This document shows, one piece after another, positions 45,880 through 56,515 of a stretch of DNA of 64,000 nt. The position numbers were made by a program, and so were the translations under genes. This stretch comes from Candidatus Bathyarchaeota archaeon. GTDB taxonomy: Archaea > Thermoproteota > Bathyarchaeia > Bathyarchaeales > Bathycorpusculaceae. Each line of letters begins with the position of its first letter. The stretch's first letter is position 1. Location of the stretch: assembly GCA_963833575.1 (NCBI GenBank), contig CAWHXY010000006.1, forward strand, positions 1 through 64,000, read 5' to 3'. The notes under the pieces were generated by a model, which was not told the DNA's origin, did not search any database, and saw nothing but the letters and a program-made list of their open reading frames with translations.

Positions 45880-48678
45880 TTAAGTGTGATCATGAATTCT
45901 TAGCGATTCAGAGCCAGTTTTGGTGAATTTTCGGCTGAAAAACTTTCGAATTTCCTCAGCCAATACAACGATTACAGCCAGCGACAGCAAAAATGCCCAA
46001 TCGGCAAGTCCTAATGGTTGTGTTCCGAATACTGTGTTCATTATTGGAACGTAAACTAGAAATGCCAATATGGAAAGTTGAGCAACAATGCCAAAGATTA
46101 TCCATTTGTTGTGTTTAAGGCTTGTTTTGAGAATTGATTGCTTCGATGTTCTGCATGCGAGAACGTTACCAGCTTGAGCTACAACTATACCTGCAAACAT
46201 CATTGTAACTCCTTTGAGATAGATAGGATTGTTGTTGGGTAAGCTTCCTCCGAAATGCCAATCTGATGGAACAGGCATTCCAATGTGCCAACCGCCGGTG
46301 GCCCAAACGTTTAAGCACCCAATTATGGCGCCAACTGCAATAATCACTCCGATGAAAACCGAGCGTAGAAGGACTTTGCGCGTAAACAACCTCTCTTTAA
46401 TGCTTCTTGGTGGCTCTTCCATGATTCCAAGTTCAGCTGGTTCCCTACTTAGCGCCAATGAGGGGATTACGTCTATTGCAAGATCTATGGATAAGACCTG
46501 AACAACAAGTAATGGCAACGGAAACCCTAAACCGGCATACAACACGAAGGGGATGAGTTCTGCCCAGTTGTGCGAAAACACGTAAACGATGAACTTGCGA
46601 ATGTTCTCATAAATTGCTCTGCCCGATTCTATTGCTTTAACGATTGATGCAAAGCTGTCATCAAGCAAGACTATATCTGCGGCTTCACGTGCAACGTCAG
46701 TTCCAGAAGCGCCCATAGCAACACCAATGTCTGCTTCCTTAAGGCTTGGAGCATCATTTGCCCCGTCGCCTGTAACTGCAACGATCTCTCCACTCGATTT
46801 GAGCGCCTTGACTATGCGAAGTTTCTGCTCAGGCGCAACACGGGCAAAAATTACATTTCCTTTTCGAACTTCATCAATTACTGCTTTATCGCTTAAATCA
46901 TCCAAATCTATACCGCGAATAACTTGACAGCAGTCTCGGTCGACAATTGCAACTTCTTTAGCAATTGCCTCCGCAGTTGGACCATAGTCTCCAGTAATGA
47001 TGACCGTTTTTACTCCAGCTTGCTTTGCCTTCAAAACAGCGTCTTTAACTTCCATTCGCGGAGGGTCTCGCATTGCAGCTAACCCAACGAAAACAAGTTC
47101 AGACTCAAACCCTGCGTCTTTGCTGTACTCAGTTTTCAACATCTGCTTGTATGCGACGGCAATAACCCGCAAGCCTTCGCGGGCAAACTCATGAATTCGT
47201 GATTCTATCCACGTCATTTTTTCCGAATTTAACTCTTCGACTTTCCCGTCCACAAGCACTTTAGTACATAAATCCAAAATGTTTCTCGGTGCGCCTTTAG
47301 TGTAAATTAAAATATTGCCGTTCAAACTGTGAACTGTGCTCATCCGTTTGCGCTCAAAACTGAAGGGCAAAACGTGAATAATCGGTTTCTCTTCCAATGC
47401 ATTTGGAACGTTAACGTTGGATTTAAGTGCGGCAACAAGTAAGGCACCGTCGGTTGGATCGCCTATCACGCTCCAATTTTTGTTTCTATCTGATGGGGGA
47501 TCAAGTTTTGCACCATTGCAAAGAGCAGCAATTTCAAGAAGTTTTTCCAAAGTGCCTGTTTGGCCTTGCTGCAATGGCTGACCGTTTACAGTGAAATCAC
47601 CTTCAGGCTTATAGCCTAAACCGGAAACGTCGGCTACGTAGTCATAAACCCAAAGCTTGTTTACGGTCATTTCTCCTTTAGTTATTGTGCCTGTCTTGTC
47701 AGTGCAAATTACGGTGACACTACCTAAAGTTTGCACGGCTGATAACCGTTTTACCAAAACGTTTTGTTTCACCATCTTCAGAACGTTGATAGCTAAGGCG
47801 CTGGAAACGGTGACTTGCAAGCCTTCAGGTACGCAGGCGACCATTACACCAATCATGAACAAAATAGCAGTGCCGAGACCGACATGCAAGAAGAGAAAAC
47901 TTGAGATAAAGAATGCAGCTCCCACAGCAATAGCAATTATGAAGTCATATTTTGCGGTTAAAGCGATTTCTTTTTGGAGCGGGCTCTCTTCTTCACGAAT
48001 TGTCTGAGTTAAGTTAGCGATTTTCCCAAACTGAGTACTCATACCAGTCGCGTAGACAATTGCTTTACCTTGACCTTTCGCGACGCTAGTGCTCATGAAA
48101 ACCAGGTTAGGTGCGTACAAGTAAGCTTTCTCAACAATTTTGACCGTTTCAGCTACGCGTGGTTGCGGTTCAGATTCTCCTGTTAATGGAACATTATTTG
48201 TCCACAAATCAAAAGCTTCGATTAAGCGTCCATCCGCAGGTACTCGATCACCTTCCTCAAGAGCAACTATGTCACCTGGGACAATTTCACTAACTGAAAT
48301 CTTTTTGAGTTCACCATCACGCATTACTTTTGCAAATTCTGGCATCCAGCTTCTGAGTGTTTCTATGGCTTTTTCTGCGCGTGACTCTTGAAACATTGAT
48401 ACGAAAATGTTGACAAAAACAACTGTAAGTATGATTAACGCAAGTTCTGGACTGCCGCTAATGTAGGATAAAATAGCTGCAACAAGCAGCAGTATTCCAA
48501 ATAAATCTCGAAGGTTACGAATAAATTTGTGAATAAGGGGGGTTTGACGTTTTTCTGTGAGTTTGTTGTAGCCATATTTCTTCAGACGAAGTTTAGCCTC
48601 TTCAGTAGTCAAACCATTAATTGATGTGTTTAAGTCATCGAAGACCTCATCAACAGGCAAAGAAGAAGCTTTTTCCAA
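45880..48678 (-). CDS. P-type cation-transporting ATPase (type II)
   Basis: TGES, CVPEGL, DKTGT, KGAP, DPPR, TGDGANDAP. Confidence 0.95.
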   Translation of the reverse strand: MEKASSLPVDEVFDDLNTSINGLTTEEAKLRLKKYGYNKLTEKRQTPLIHKFIRNLRDLFGILLLVAAILSYISGSPELALIILTVVFVNIFVSMFQESRAEKAIETLRSWMPEFAKVMRDGELKKISVSEIVPGDIVALEEGDRVPADGRLIEAFDLWTNNVPLTGESEPQPRVAETVKIVEKAYLYAPNLVFMSTSVAKGQGKAIVYATGMSTQFGKIANLTQTIREEESPLQKEIALTAKYDFIIAIAVGAAFFISSFLFLHVGLGTAILFMIGVMVACVPEGLQVTVSSALAINVLKMVKQNVLVKRLSAVQTLGSVTVICTDKTGTITKGEMTVNKLWVYDYVADVSGLGYKPEGDFTVNGQPLQQGQTGTLEKLLEIAALCNGAKLDPPSDRNKNWSVIGDPTDGALLVAALKSNVNVPNALEEKPIIHVLPFSFERKRMSTVHSLNGNILIYTKGAPRNILDLCTKVLVDGKVEELNSEKMTWIESRIHEFAREGLRVIAVAYKQMLKTEYSKDAGFESELVFVGLAAMRDPPRMEVKDAVLKAKQAGVKTVIITGDYGPTAEAIAKEVAIVDRDCCQVIRGIDLDDLSDKAVIDEVRKGNVIFARVAPEQKLRIVKALKSSGEIVAVTGDGANDAPSLKEADIGVAMGASGTDVAREAADIVLLDDSFASIVKAIESGRAIYENIRKFIVYVFSHNWAELIPFVLYAGLGFPLPLLVVQVLSIDLAIDVIPSLALSREPAELGIMEEPPRSIKERLFTRKVLLRSVFIGVIIAVGAIIGCLNVWATGGWHIGMPVPSDWHFGGSLPNNNPIYLKGVTMMFAGIVVAQAGNVLACRTSKQSILKTSLKHNKWIIFGIVAQLSILAFLVYVPIMNTVFGTQPLGLADWAFLLSLAVIVVLAEEIRKFFSRKFTKTGSESLRIHDHT

Positions 48679-49256
48679 ATTAATTCCGCCAAAACCTCGC
48701 GATTAACTAGTTAGGAACAACCTCAAACGAAGGGAATCTGAACGTCAAAATAGGATATGTGAATGAAGAATTATAGTTTGAACCGGAATTAACTAAAGGT
48801 GTAATCATATTCTCAGCATTTTTAACGTAAATATTAGACATAATTGTTATTTTTTGTTAAATTGTTGCTTGCTGAATTTAAACCAATCGGATAGAAAGAT
48901 ACTTTCAACATTGAATTAGCAAACTTTAAGCAAGCGATGTTCTTCTTATTCATTTAATTCTTTTCACCTTTAAATTTAATATTTGCATATAAACAAAATT
49001 GTTCTTTTATCCTTTCTTGCGAACTGGGCTTAACCAACTTGCAAAGCAAAATCAACCGCTTAATGTAAAATACAGAAGCGGAAAACGTCAGAAATCAAAG
49101 TTATTTAAAGACAGAAACATGTTTGCGGTTGTTTGCATAGATATTGCTTTTCCAAGTTTTTCAAAAAAGGATGCCATAAAGTTAATAGGACACAAATTCA
49201 CTTTCCATGTAGTTTCAAATAATAAATATCATTAAAAAAATGGAGAATGTATAGTT

Positions 49257-51473
49257 ATGGCTCGTTATAGGCAAACTGACGAAATAGTCAAACTGATGGA
49301 AACTCCGACATTCATCAGAAATACTAGCATTATTGCACATGTTGACCATGGAAAAACCACTCTTGCCGACAGTTTACTTGCAGCAGCAGGAATTATCAGC
49401 ACCCAAACTGCTGGGCAAAAACTTTTCCTCGATTCGTGGGATCTTGAGCAGAAACGTCAAATGACAGTTTTCGCCTCAAACGTTAGCCTAGTCCATACAT
49501 ACCAAAACCAAGATTACCTCATCAACCTGATTGATACGCCTGGACACATTGACTTTTCAGGCGCCGTTACAAGAAGCCTCCGTGCTGTCGACGGAGCCCT
49601 TGTAGTTGTCGACGCTGTTGAAGGCCCCATGACTCAAACAGAAACCGTTTTGATGCAGGCCCTTCGAGAACGCGTTAAACCAATTCTATTCATCAATAAA
49701 GTTGACCGATTAATAAAAGAAATCAAACTAACACCTCAAGAGATCCAAAAGAAATTTGCCAAGATTCTCATGAGAGTAAATAGTTTGATTGAGAGGTATG
49801 CGCCTGCAGAGCACAAACAAGACTGGCAAGTAAAAATTGAAGATAGCCGTGTCGCATTTGGCTCAGCGCTACATAAATGGGGATTGAATCTTGATCACAT
49901 GAAAATGAAGAAAGTCACTTTCCAGGACATTATCGACGCTTACACAGGCGATCCAATAGAAGTTGGAAGAAAAGTTGATGAATTAAGTAAAAAAGCGCCA
50001 CTACCAGAACCGATTTTGGATATGTTCGTTAAACACTTACCTAATCCTTTCGAAGCACAGCCATACAGGCAGCCACAGATTTGGCCAGGAGATGTTAGTA
50101 GTCCGACAGGTCAAGGAATGGCGAAAGTTGATCCGAAAGCTCCTTTGCTGATGTGCATATCGACCATTGAAGTTGACCCACACAGCGGAACAGTTGCAAT
50201 TGGCAGAATTTTCAGCGGTTCAGTTGTGCGAGGAAAAACAGTCCAACTTTTAAGCAGTAACCAGAAAGGCACTATTCAACAGGTTTTTATGAGTATGGCA
50301 ACTGACCGTGTTCTTATTGACCATGTTCCAGCAGGGAACATTGGAGCAATCTCAGGTTTACCATCAATACATGTAGGAGAAACTATTGCAGAAGAAGGCG
50401 CAGACGTACATTCGTTTGAAGGCTTAAGATACGTTTCTGACCCAGTCGTAACCGTAGCTGTCGAACCCGAAGACGTCAAAGACCTACCTTTATTCGATAA
50501 AGTAATGCACAAGCTCACAACAGAAGACCCCAACCTGCATTTCGTTATGAATAAAGAAAGCGGCGAATTCCTCTTGTCAGGAATGGGCGAACTCCACCTT
50601 GAAATCACTGCTTACCGAATGCAAGAAGCAGGCTTAAAAGTAAAACTTAGCAAGCCAATAGTCATCTACAGAGAAACCATAAGTCATAATTACATGGGTC
50701 CAGCTATTATGGGAAAAAGCCCTAACAAACACAACAAACTCTGGATAACAATTGAGAGGCTGTCAGATGAAGTTATTGATGCTATAAAATCTGATAAAAT
50801 TAGTGACATGCAGAGCAAAGATGAACGAACGAAAACTTTGCGTTCTTTAGGATGGGAAGCAGATGAAGCTAAAGGCGCAGTAGCTGTTGAAGAAAACTGT
50901 ATTCTTGTTAACCGCATTAGAGGAAGACAATACGTCGAGGAAATTCTCGATCACATTAAAGGCGGATTCCGAGAAGCAGTCCACACATCGCCGTTAGCTA
51001 AAGAACCAGCTTACGGCTTAAAAATCAACCTAGAAGACATTGTACTTCACGAAGATCCAGTCCACAGAGGTCCAGCACAAGCTATCCCAATGACCTGGAG
51101 ACCAATATACTGCTGTATACTACTAAGCGATCCAAAACTGCTTGAGCCACTCATGAGTTTCGAATGCAAAGTTCCAAGCGAATTCGTCAGCGCAGTAATC
51201 ACAATGCTTAACAAGAGACGAGGAAAAATCCTTGACATGCCATCTGAAGAAGACATGATCACCGTTAAAGCTGAAATGCCAGTTTCCGAAAGCTTCGGCA
51301 TTGCTGACGAACTGAGAGGTTCAACTTCAGGCAGAGCATTTTGGGCAACACAGTTCAGCAGATGGGCACCAGTTCCAGAACAAATGCAAGCAGACACTAT
51401 CAAAAAGATACGCGAACGCAGAGGATTACCACCAATTCCGCCAAAACCAGAAGAATACTTCGAGAAAGAATAG
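49257..51473 (+). CDS. fusA: translation elongation factor EF-2 (possibly a paralog)
   Basis: AHVDHGKTT, DTPGH, NKVD, GMGELHLE, HEDPVHRGPAQ diphthamide loop; G2 region RQMTV is atypical. Confidence 0.92.
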   Translation: MARYRQTDEIVKLMETPTFIRNTSIIAHVDHGKTTLADSLLAAAGIISTQTAGQKLFLDSWDLEQKRQMTVFASNVSLVHTYQNQDYLINLIDTPGHIDFSGAVTRSLRAVDGALVVVDAVEGPMTQTETVLMQALRERVKPILFINKVDRLIKEIKLTPQEIQKKFAKILMRVNSLIERYAPAEHKQDWQVKIEDSRVAFGSALHKWGLNLDHMKMKKVTFQDIIDAYTGDPIEVGRKVDELSKKAPLPEPILDMFVKHLPNPFEAQPYRQPQIWPGDVSSPTGQGMAKVDPKAPLLMCISTIEVDPHSGTVAIGRIFSGSVVRGKTVQLLSSNQKGTIQQVFMSMATDRVLIDHVPAGNIGAISGLPSIHVGETIAEEGADVHSFEGLRYVSDPVVTVAVEPEDVKDLPLFDKVMHKLTTEDPNLHFVMNKESGEFLLSGMGELHLEITAYRMQEAGLKVKLSKPIVIYRETISHNYMGPAIMGKSPNKHNKLWITIERLSDEVIDAIKSDKISDMQSKDERTKTLRSLGWEADEAKGAVAVEENCILVNRIRGRQYVEEILDHIKGGFREAVHTSPLAKEPAYGLKINLEDIVLHEDPVHRGPAQAIPMTWRPIYCCILLSDPKLLEPLMSFECKVPSEFVSAVITMLNKRRGKILDMPSEEDMITVKAEMPVSESFGIADELRGSTSGRAFWATQFSRWAPVPEQMQADTIKKIRERRGLPPIPPKPEEYFEKE

Positions 51474-51581
51474 TAAACTCTTTTCTTTTTTAGTTTTTTC
51501 TTTTTAACATATCTAGCTAAGTTTAAGCAAATATTTTTTGGTGTAGTAAGGCTTTAATGCAAATTAGCGGTTAACCTTTCA

Positions 51582-52187
51582 GTGAGGCTTATGATACTGG
51601 GAATTTGTGGTAGCCCAAGAGAAGATCAAGCTACTGAATACGTTTTAAAAGAAGCTTTAAGAATGCTTAGTGAAAAAGGCTTCGAAACCAAGTTTTGGAG
51701 CGTTAAAGGAAACTGGATTGATTATTGTACACATTGTGATTACTGCCTCAAAAACAAGGAATGCTCTATCCAAGATGATATGCAAGAGCTTTACGTTTTG
51801 CTTACTGAAGCAAAAGGAATTATCTTTGCAACTCCCGTGTATAACGGCGGAGTAAGCGCACAAATCAAAGCAATAATGGATAGAACACGCGCATTAGTTG
51901 CTGCAGACAAAAATGTTTTCAAAGGCAAAGTTGGCATGGGCATAGCGGTTGGCGGAGACAGAAATGGCGGGCAAGAATTCACCCTAATGCAAATTCACAC
52001 ATTTTACATAATAAACGGAATGATACCTACAGGGGGAGGATTTTTCGGGGCTAATTTAGGTGCAACTTTTTGGAGCAAAGACACCTTAGAAGGGGTTAAA
52101 GCGGATGAAGAAGGCTTCAGAAGTTTAAAAAAGACGATTAAACGGTTTGTTGAATATTCAGAGAAGTATGGCGAAACAAAAGGTTGA
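51582..52187 (+). CDS. iron-sulfur flavoprotein / flavodoxin family
   Basis: GSPR, CTHCDYC...C, TPVYNG, GGDRNGGQE. Confidence 0.9.
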   Translation: MRLMILGICGSPREDQATEYVLKEALRMLSEKGFETKFWSVKGNWIDYCTHCDYCLKNKECSIQDDMQELYVLLTEAKGIIFATPVYNGGVSAQIKAIMDRTRALVAADKNVFKGKVGMGIAVGGDRNGGQEFTLMQIHTFYIINGMIPTGGGFFGANLGATFWSKDTLEGVKADEEGFRSLKKTIKRFVEYSEKYGETKG

Positions 52188-52771
52188 ATGTTATGGCTGA
52201 AGATGTTAAGGTTAAGAAGCGTAAAGTGGCGTGGGGAATAAGCGGCGCCGGCGATAAAATCGCTGAAATAGTCGAAACCATGAAGGAATTAAAAGCTCAG
52301 TCAGAAGACAAAGTGGAGATTGAGGTTTTCATCTCCAAAGCCGCCGACACTATGCTCAAATTCTACAGGTTGGACGAGGAAGTCAAAAAGAGCTTTTCCA
52401 AAGTCACGGTTGAAGTCAACGCGAACTCGCCATTCCTAGCGGCGTGGATGCAAAGCGGCAAATACGAGCTCCTGCTTATCGCACCTGCGTCATCAAATAC
52501 TGTCGCTAAAATCGCCAATAGCATAAGCGACACCATGCTTACCAACGCCGCCCTAATGGCTCTTAAAGCCTTCCAACAAGTCTACATCCTACCCACAGAC
52601 TACAGAGAAAGCATAGTTTACACAAAACTGCCCAACGGCAAAGAAATGAAATTGCGAGTACGCAAAGAAGAAGCCGACCAAGTTCGACGGCTCGAAGCCA
52701 TGGACGGCATGCACGTGCTGGAAAACCCCCAAAAAATGAAAGAAATATTATTGGAGAGGCTAAAACCGTGA
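52184..52771 (+). CDS. afpA: archaeoflavoprotein AfpA-like
   Basis: VAWGISGAG, APASSNTVAKIA..I.DT, ILPTD. Confidence 0.8.
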   Translation: MNVMAEDVKVKKRKVAWGISGAGDKIAEIVETMKELKAQSEDKVEIEVFISKAADTMLKFYRLDEEVKKSFSKVTVEVNANSPFLAAWMQSGKYELLLIAPASSNTVAKIANSISDTMLTNAALMALKAFQQVYILPTDYRESIVYTKLPNGKEMKLRVRKEEADQVRRLEAMDGMHVLENPQKMKEILLERLKP

Positions 52772-52796
52772 AAGCCTAACTCGTTTTTTCTCGATA

Positions 52797-53402
52797 TTAT
52801 AGCTTTTTTTGGGTGAAGATGGCGTTCCATTCCGTATCAGCCTTGGTAAATAATTGAACATCTACAAAACCGACCGATTGCAATGCATTTTGAATTTCCT
52901 CGAGAGGCAAAAGCCTCACATGTGTTTCTTTAATAATGTTGGCTGGCGTAACCCCGTGTAGCAGTTCATTTACCAACAATAGTTTGCCTCCAGGTTTTAG
53001 CACACGGTTTATTTCTCTCAAAGCTGAAGGGAAATTGGTCCAAAAATAGTAAGTTTCAAAAGCAGTCACCAAATCAAAGAAGCCATCTTTAAAACTCATT
53101 TTTTCAACTGATTCTTCAATTATTTCTACTCGGTTTTGAGTGATCAACGTTTTGTTAATTTCTTTGGAGAATTCTACCATGTCAGCAGAATAGTCAATGC
53201 CAAAAACTTTTCCTTGGGGTGCCATTCTGGCTAATTTGTCGATAGTTTTGCCGCCACCGCAGCCGATATCTAAAATCACGTAGTCCGATCCAACGGTAAC
53301 CTTTCCTAGTCCCCACAAAGTTAGCTTCTCATGATGAAGGTTCATCCTTCTAGCAACTAATCTGCCAACTGGACCTTTCGGGCATTGATATTGATCTCCC
53401 AA
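52797..53402 (-). CDS. class I SAM-dependent methyltransferase
   Basis: ILDIGCGGG, FDLVTAFETYYFW, VLKPGG. Confidence 0.9.
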   Translation of the reverse strand: MGDQYQCPKGPVGRLVARRMNLHHEKLTLWGLGKVTVGSDYVILDIGCGGGKTIDKLARMAPQGKVFGIDYSADMVEFSKEINKTLITQNRVEIIEESVEKMSFKDGFFDLVTAFETYYFWTNFPSALREINRVLKPGGKLLLVNELLHGVTPANIIKETHVRLLPLEEIQNALQSVGFVDVQLFTKADTEWNAIFTQKKL

Positions 53403-53462
53403 GTCTAATTTTTTAACGGGCGTTAGATCTTAACCTCTTAGCCTGTTAAGGCAATCAAGGCT

Positions 53463-53666
53463 TTATTTCTTTAAGGCTTTTTTAAAAATTGCTTCTTCAG
53501 TTAATGCTTTTTCCATAAGGTTTTTTATAGCTTCATCCATATTGCCTTTGAAGTAAGGTTTAACAATTTTTAGGGTAAACTCTTTGAGTAAAACTGTTGA
53601 AAAATTATGTATAGTCAAATTCACTGACAACTTTTCCTCAGCCATAACTGAAGATTTCTCAACCAA
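53463..53666 (-). CDS. small hypothetical protein
   Basis: 67-aa ORF ending in an amphipathic helix. Confidence 0.5.
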   Translation of the reverse strand: MVEKSSVMAEEKLSVNLTIHNFSTVLLKEFTLKIVKPYFKGNMDEAIKNLMEKALTEEAIFKKALKK

Positions 53667-53800
53667 ATGTTTTCAACTCCAACCAATAGCAAGGAAAAAA
53701 ACGCTAAAAACATGTGTGCGCACCAATAGCACATACAGAAGAATGAGTAATTATTGGTCAGGCTGCAATCTTCAGTTTCAGAAATAATTTCTTCAAACTG

Positions 53801-56038
53801 CTACGGTTCCATGTCCTCACTCAAATAATCTAGCTGATTAGTCGGAGTTGTGTTAACTTGCTGTCTTTTCTTTCTTTTTCGTTGATATGAATAGCCTATT
53901 AGAGCAGCGGCGGCAGCTACCCCGACTGCCGAAACGGCTAAGGGTACTGCAATTGAGCTTTTTTGGGTTACTTTGTAGGGACGCATCATCTCGTTGTCCT
54001 CGTGCTCGAGCAGATGACAATGCCACACATATCCTGGCCCAGCAGTGGCGTCAAAAGGAAAGCTGGAGCCATCTTGTTGTGCAAACCGCACTCGGATAGT
54101 TACGACTTCTCCCGCGTTAACTGTGATTGTGTCTTTCCAGCATTGCTCATTCGGTTGAAGTGCGATTTTCAAGTTAGATAGATACGAGTTTAGGTTGACA
54201 TTTTTTGTCGGTTGGCTAAAAGGAGGAACACCGTTGTAGGATTCCCAAGCTTCAACGTAGGAAGTTGAATCAAAGGTTTCTCTTTGGACCAATTGGAATT
54301 GAATAAGATGCAGATGTATCGGATGCGGATTCATGGTTGGGTTAACTATTATCCAATCTTCGGTTGTTCCCACTTCTGGCGTTTCAGATATTGGAGCATC
54401 CCACATTTGCCCATCAAGTAGTGCAACTTTAGTACTATTTTGACCTGAAACTTCAAACAAAGTGAGAATTCTTTTCGCTGTGGGTTCTGGCAAGGTAGGA
54501 AAACTGGAAGCTGCAAGTGTTGGATTAAATGGGTTTGGCGCCTGAGGAAGGCTGAAGGGTGTTGGTGCCGTTTGGTTGGTGACAGTAAATTGAATAATTT
54601 GACCGACGGTTTGTCTTTCACTACCTGTATTGCTCGTTAAGGCGGTGTTTTTAAGAATCACTTTTGTTCCTGAAGCCAGAGACGAGAAATCTACTACTAT
54701 GTCTGCTCGTTCTGCAGGTGCTATGAGAAGAGATGTTAGAGAGACTGGTGCTTTGAGGTAGCCTCCGTCGCTTCCAATCTGAAAGAAGCCCATTCCATTT
54801 GAAAAACCTATTTGGTAAAAACGAGAATTTGATCCATTTAAGATCCGGAATCGATATTGCCCTCTATCTACGTTCATGTTTGGCCAAACTTTTCCATTAA
54901 CCATGATAGTGTTTCCCAAGAAACTGTTAACCCAATACGGATGAAAAGTAGGCTCAACTCCGACAGTGGGATAATTCAATGATCCATCATTATTGAAAGA
55001 TCTATCCTGAATCACAAGCGGCATCTCATATTTTCCGGTCGGCAAAATTGCAGCAACCTTATCATCACCGCCTTGGGGTTCTCTCAACAAATAGAAACCC
55101 GCCAATCCTGACATTACATTAAGACGTGTAACGCCTAGGCCATGATCATGATACCAAAGTGTTGTAGGCTGCTGTGCATTAGGATAATAGTAAACTGCTT
55201 TGTTTGAATCGGTTTGTGTGTATGTGCTGTACTGAGAGCCGTGTTTTCCGTTTGCGGTGAACCATTGGTTTGGTCCTCCATCATAATAAGATTGGTTTTC
55301 ACCACCATGAAGATGTGTCACAAGAGGAACAGGACTTTGGGCATATGGATATCCTGGCGGATAAACAGGGAAGGATGAAGTGGGCTTCGAAGTGTTATTA
55401 GGGTTTGCCCAGTGTATGGTCGGATCAACTGCAAACATGTAATGCGAAGTAATGGTGTTTTGCCATTCCACTTGAATGGGGATTCCTCTGACAGCTTCAA
55501 ATGTGGGACCTGGGCTGCTTTGAACAAAACCTAAAGACGACCCAGTTATAGCATCCATTGCGGTACCGCCATAACCCCAAACCTGCGTATTTAGATTCAT
55601 CGAAGGAGGAAGAATTTGTTCCGAGAAACTAGCCATTGCTACCGTGTATTCATGTCGAATCACATTACCTTGGGCAGTTACCACTTTTGGCACATACACG
55701 GGTGGCGGAGAAGTCAACTGGTTTTCAAACATCGGAATACTCAGCGGATCCAAAAGGGCAGACCCAGAAACTGCAATGGGTTGAACCACCCCCGTTTTTA
55801 TGTTTGCCAGCTGAGGTCGACCTGCTGCTGTAGTAATTAGATTAAAGGGTTTTAGGTAGCTTTCCAAGGCAATAGTAGCTAAAGTTCCACCCGCCATTAG
55901 GGCTGATAGCTTCATGAAGTCTCTTCGCTTCAGTTCGTGAGGGTTAATTTCAAGCCCAGTTTTATCAGCCGATATATGCGCTGATTTTCCGTTCAAAAGT
56001 TTCTTGTTTTGATGTGATCGACGAAAATTTTTTTTCAT
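53801..56038 (-). CDS. multicopper oxidase (CotA/bilirubin oxidase-like), Tat signal and C-terminal anchor
   Basis: KRRDFMK twin-Arg; HLHG, WYHDH, HPIHLH, WHCHLLEHEDNEMM copper motifs; TM plus basic tail. Confidence 0.92.
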   Translation of the reverse strand: MKKNFRRSHQNKKLLNGKSAHISADKTGLEINPHELKRRDFMKLSALMAGGTLATIALESYLKPFNLITTAAGRPQLANIKTGVVQPIAVSGSALLDPLSIPMFENQLTSPPPVYVPKVVTAQGNVIRHEYTVAMASFSEQILPPSMNLNTQVWGYGGTAMDAITGSSLGFVQSSPGPTFEAVRGIPIQVEWQNTITSHYMFAVDPTIHWANPNNTSKPTSSFPVYPPGYPYAQSPVPLVTHLHGGENQSYYDGGPNQWFTANGKHGSQYSTYTQTDSNKAVYYYPNAQQPTTLWYHDHGLGVTRLNVMSGLAGFYLLREPQGGDDKVAAILPTGKYEMPLVIQDRSFNNDGSLNYPTVGVEPTFHPYWVNSFLGNTIMVNGKVWPNMNVDRGQYRFRILNGSNSRFYQIGFSNGMGFFQIGSDGGYLKAPVSLTSLLIAPAERADIVVDFSSLASGTKVILKNTALTSNTGSERQTVGQIIQFTVTNQTAPTPFSLPQAPNPFNPTLAASSFPTLPEPTAKRILTLFEVSGQNSTKVALLDGQMWDAPISETPEVGTTEDWIIVNPTMNPHPIHLHLIQFQLVQRETFDSTSYVEAWESYNGVPPFSQPTKNVNLNSYLSNLKIALQPNEQCWKDTITVNAGEVVTIRVRFAQQDGSSFPFDATAGPGYVWHCHLLEHEDNEMMRPYKVTQKSSIAVPLAVSAVGVAAAAALIGYSYQRKRKKRQQVNTTPTNQLDYLSEDMEP

Positions 56039-56211
56039 AGTCTCAACCAATAAAATGCTTATAACGCAGATTAGCGCCCTCAAGGCTGCCTAAATAATGA
56101 CACTCTGAATTCTTATAAATATGTGACTGTGAACTCACACAAACAATTATCCAGTGTAAATGCTGGATATTTTTAATTAAAGAGAATTTTTGGATTGTAC
56201 GATTTTTTACG

Positions 56212-56409
56212 CTATGGTGCTACTTCTTTTGCTTTTGGAATTACACGTTTTATCCAGTCTATTTTTGTATTGTAAGTTTCATGCATTTGTGGCTGAGCAT
56301 AATAAACTCTTTCTTTAGCCATTGAAGCCAAACGACTTTGTGCCCCAGTAACTTTGCTTACTTTTTTTGGCTGTCCTTTTCTTTTGGTTTTATAACTTTC
56401 GCGGTTCAT
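56212..56409 (-). CDS. small basic hypothetical protein
   Basis: 65-aa ORF with RBS-like GGAG upstream. Confidence 0.4.
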   Translation of the reverse strand: MNRESYKTKRKGQPKKVSKVTGAQSRLASMAKERVYYAQPQMHETYNTKIDWIKRVIPKAKEVAP

Positions 56410-56515
56410 ATTTTCGATCTCCGCTAGAAGCTTAAAAACCTGACATATAGAAGTTTCGTAGTCTTTTTGTCTGACTCTACACTTTGAGCTGATGCAGATA
56501 CAGCGGTAATGACTG

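Noticed and set aside
46229-48391. Several plus-strand ORFs inside the P-type ATPase (and similar antisense ORFs in other long genes)
   Set aside because: Antisense shadows of well-supported genes, with no motifs.
48680-49256. Replication origin in a long AT-rich gap (and ORF 48999..49235)
   Set aside because: No ORB-like repeats or adjacent orc1/cdc6; the ORF looks non-coding.
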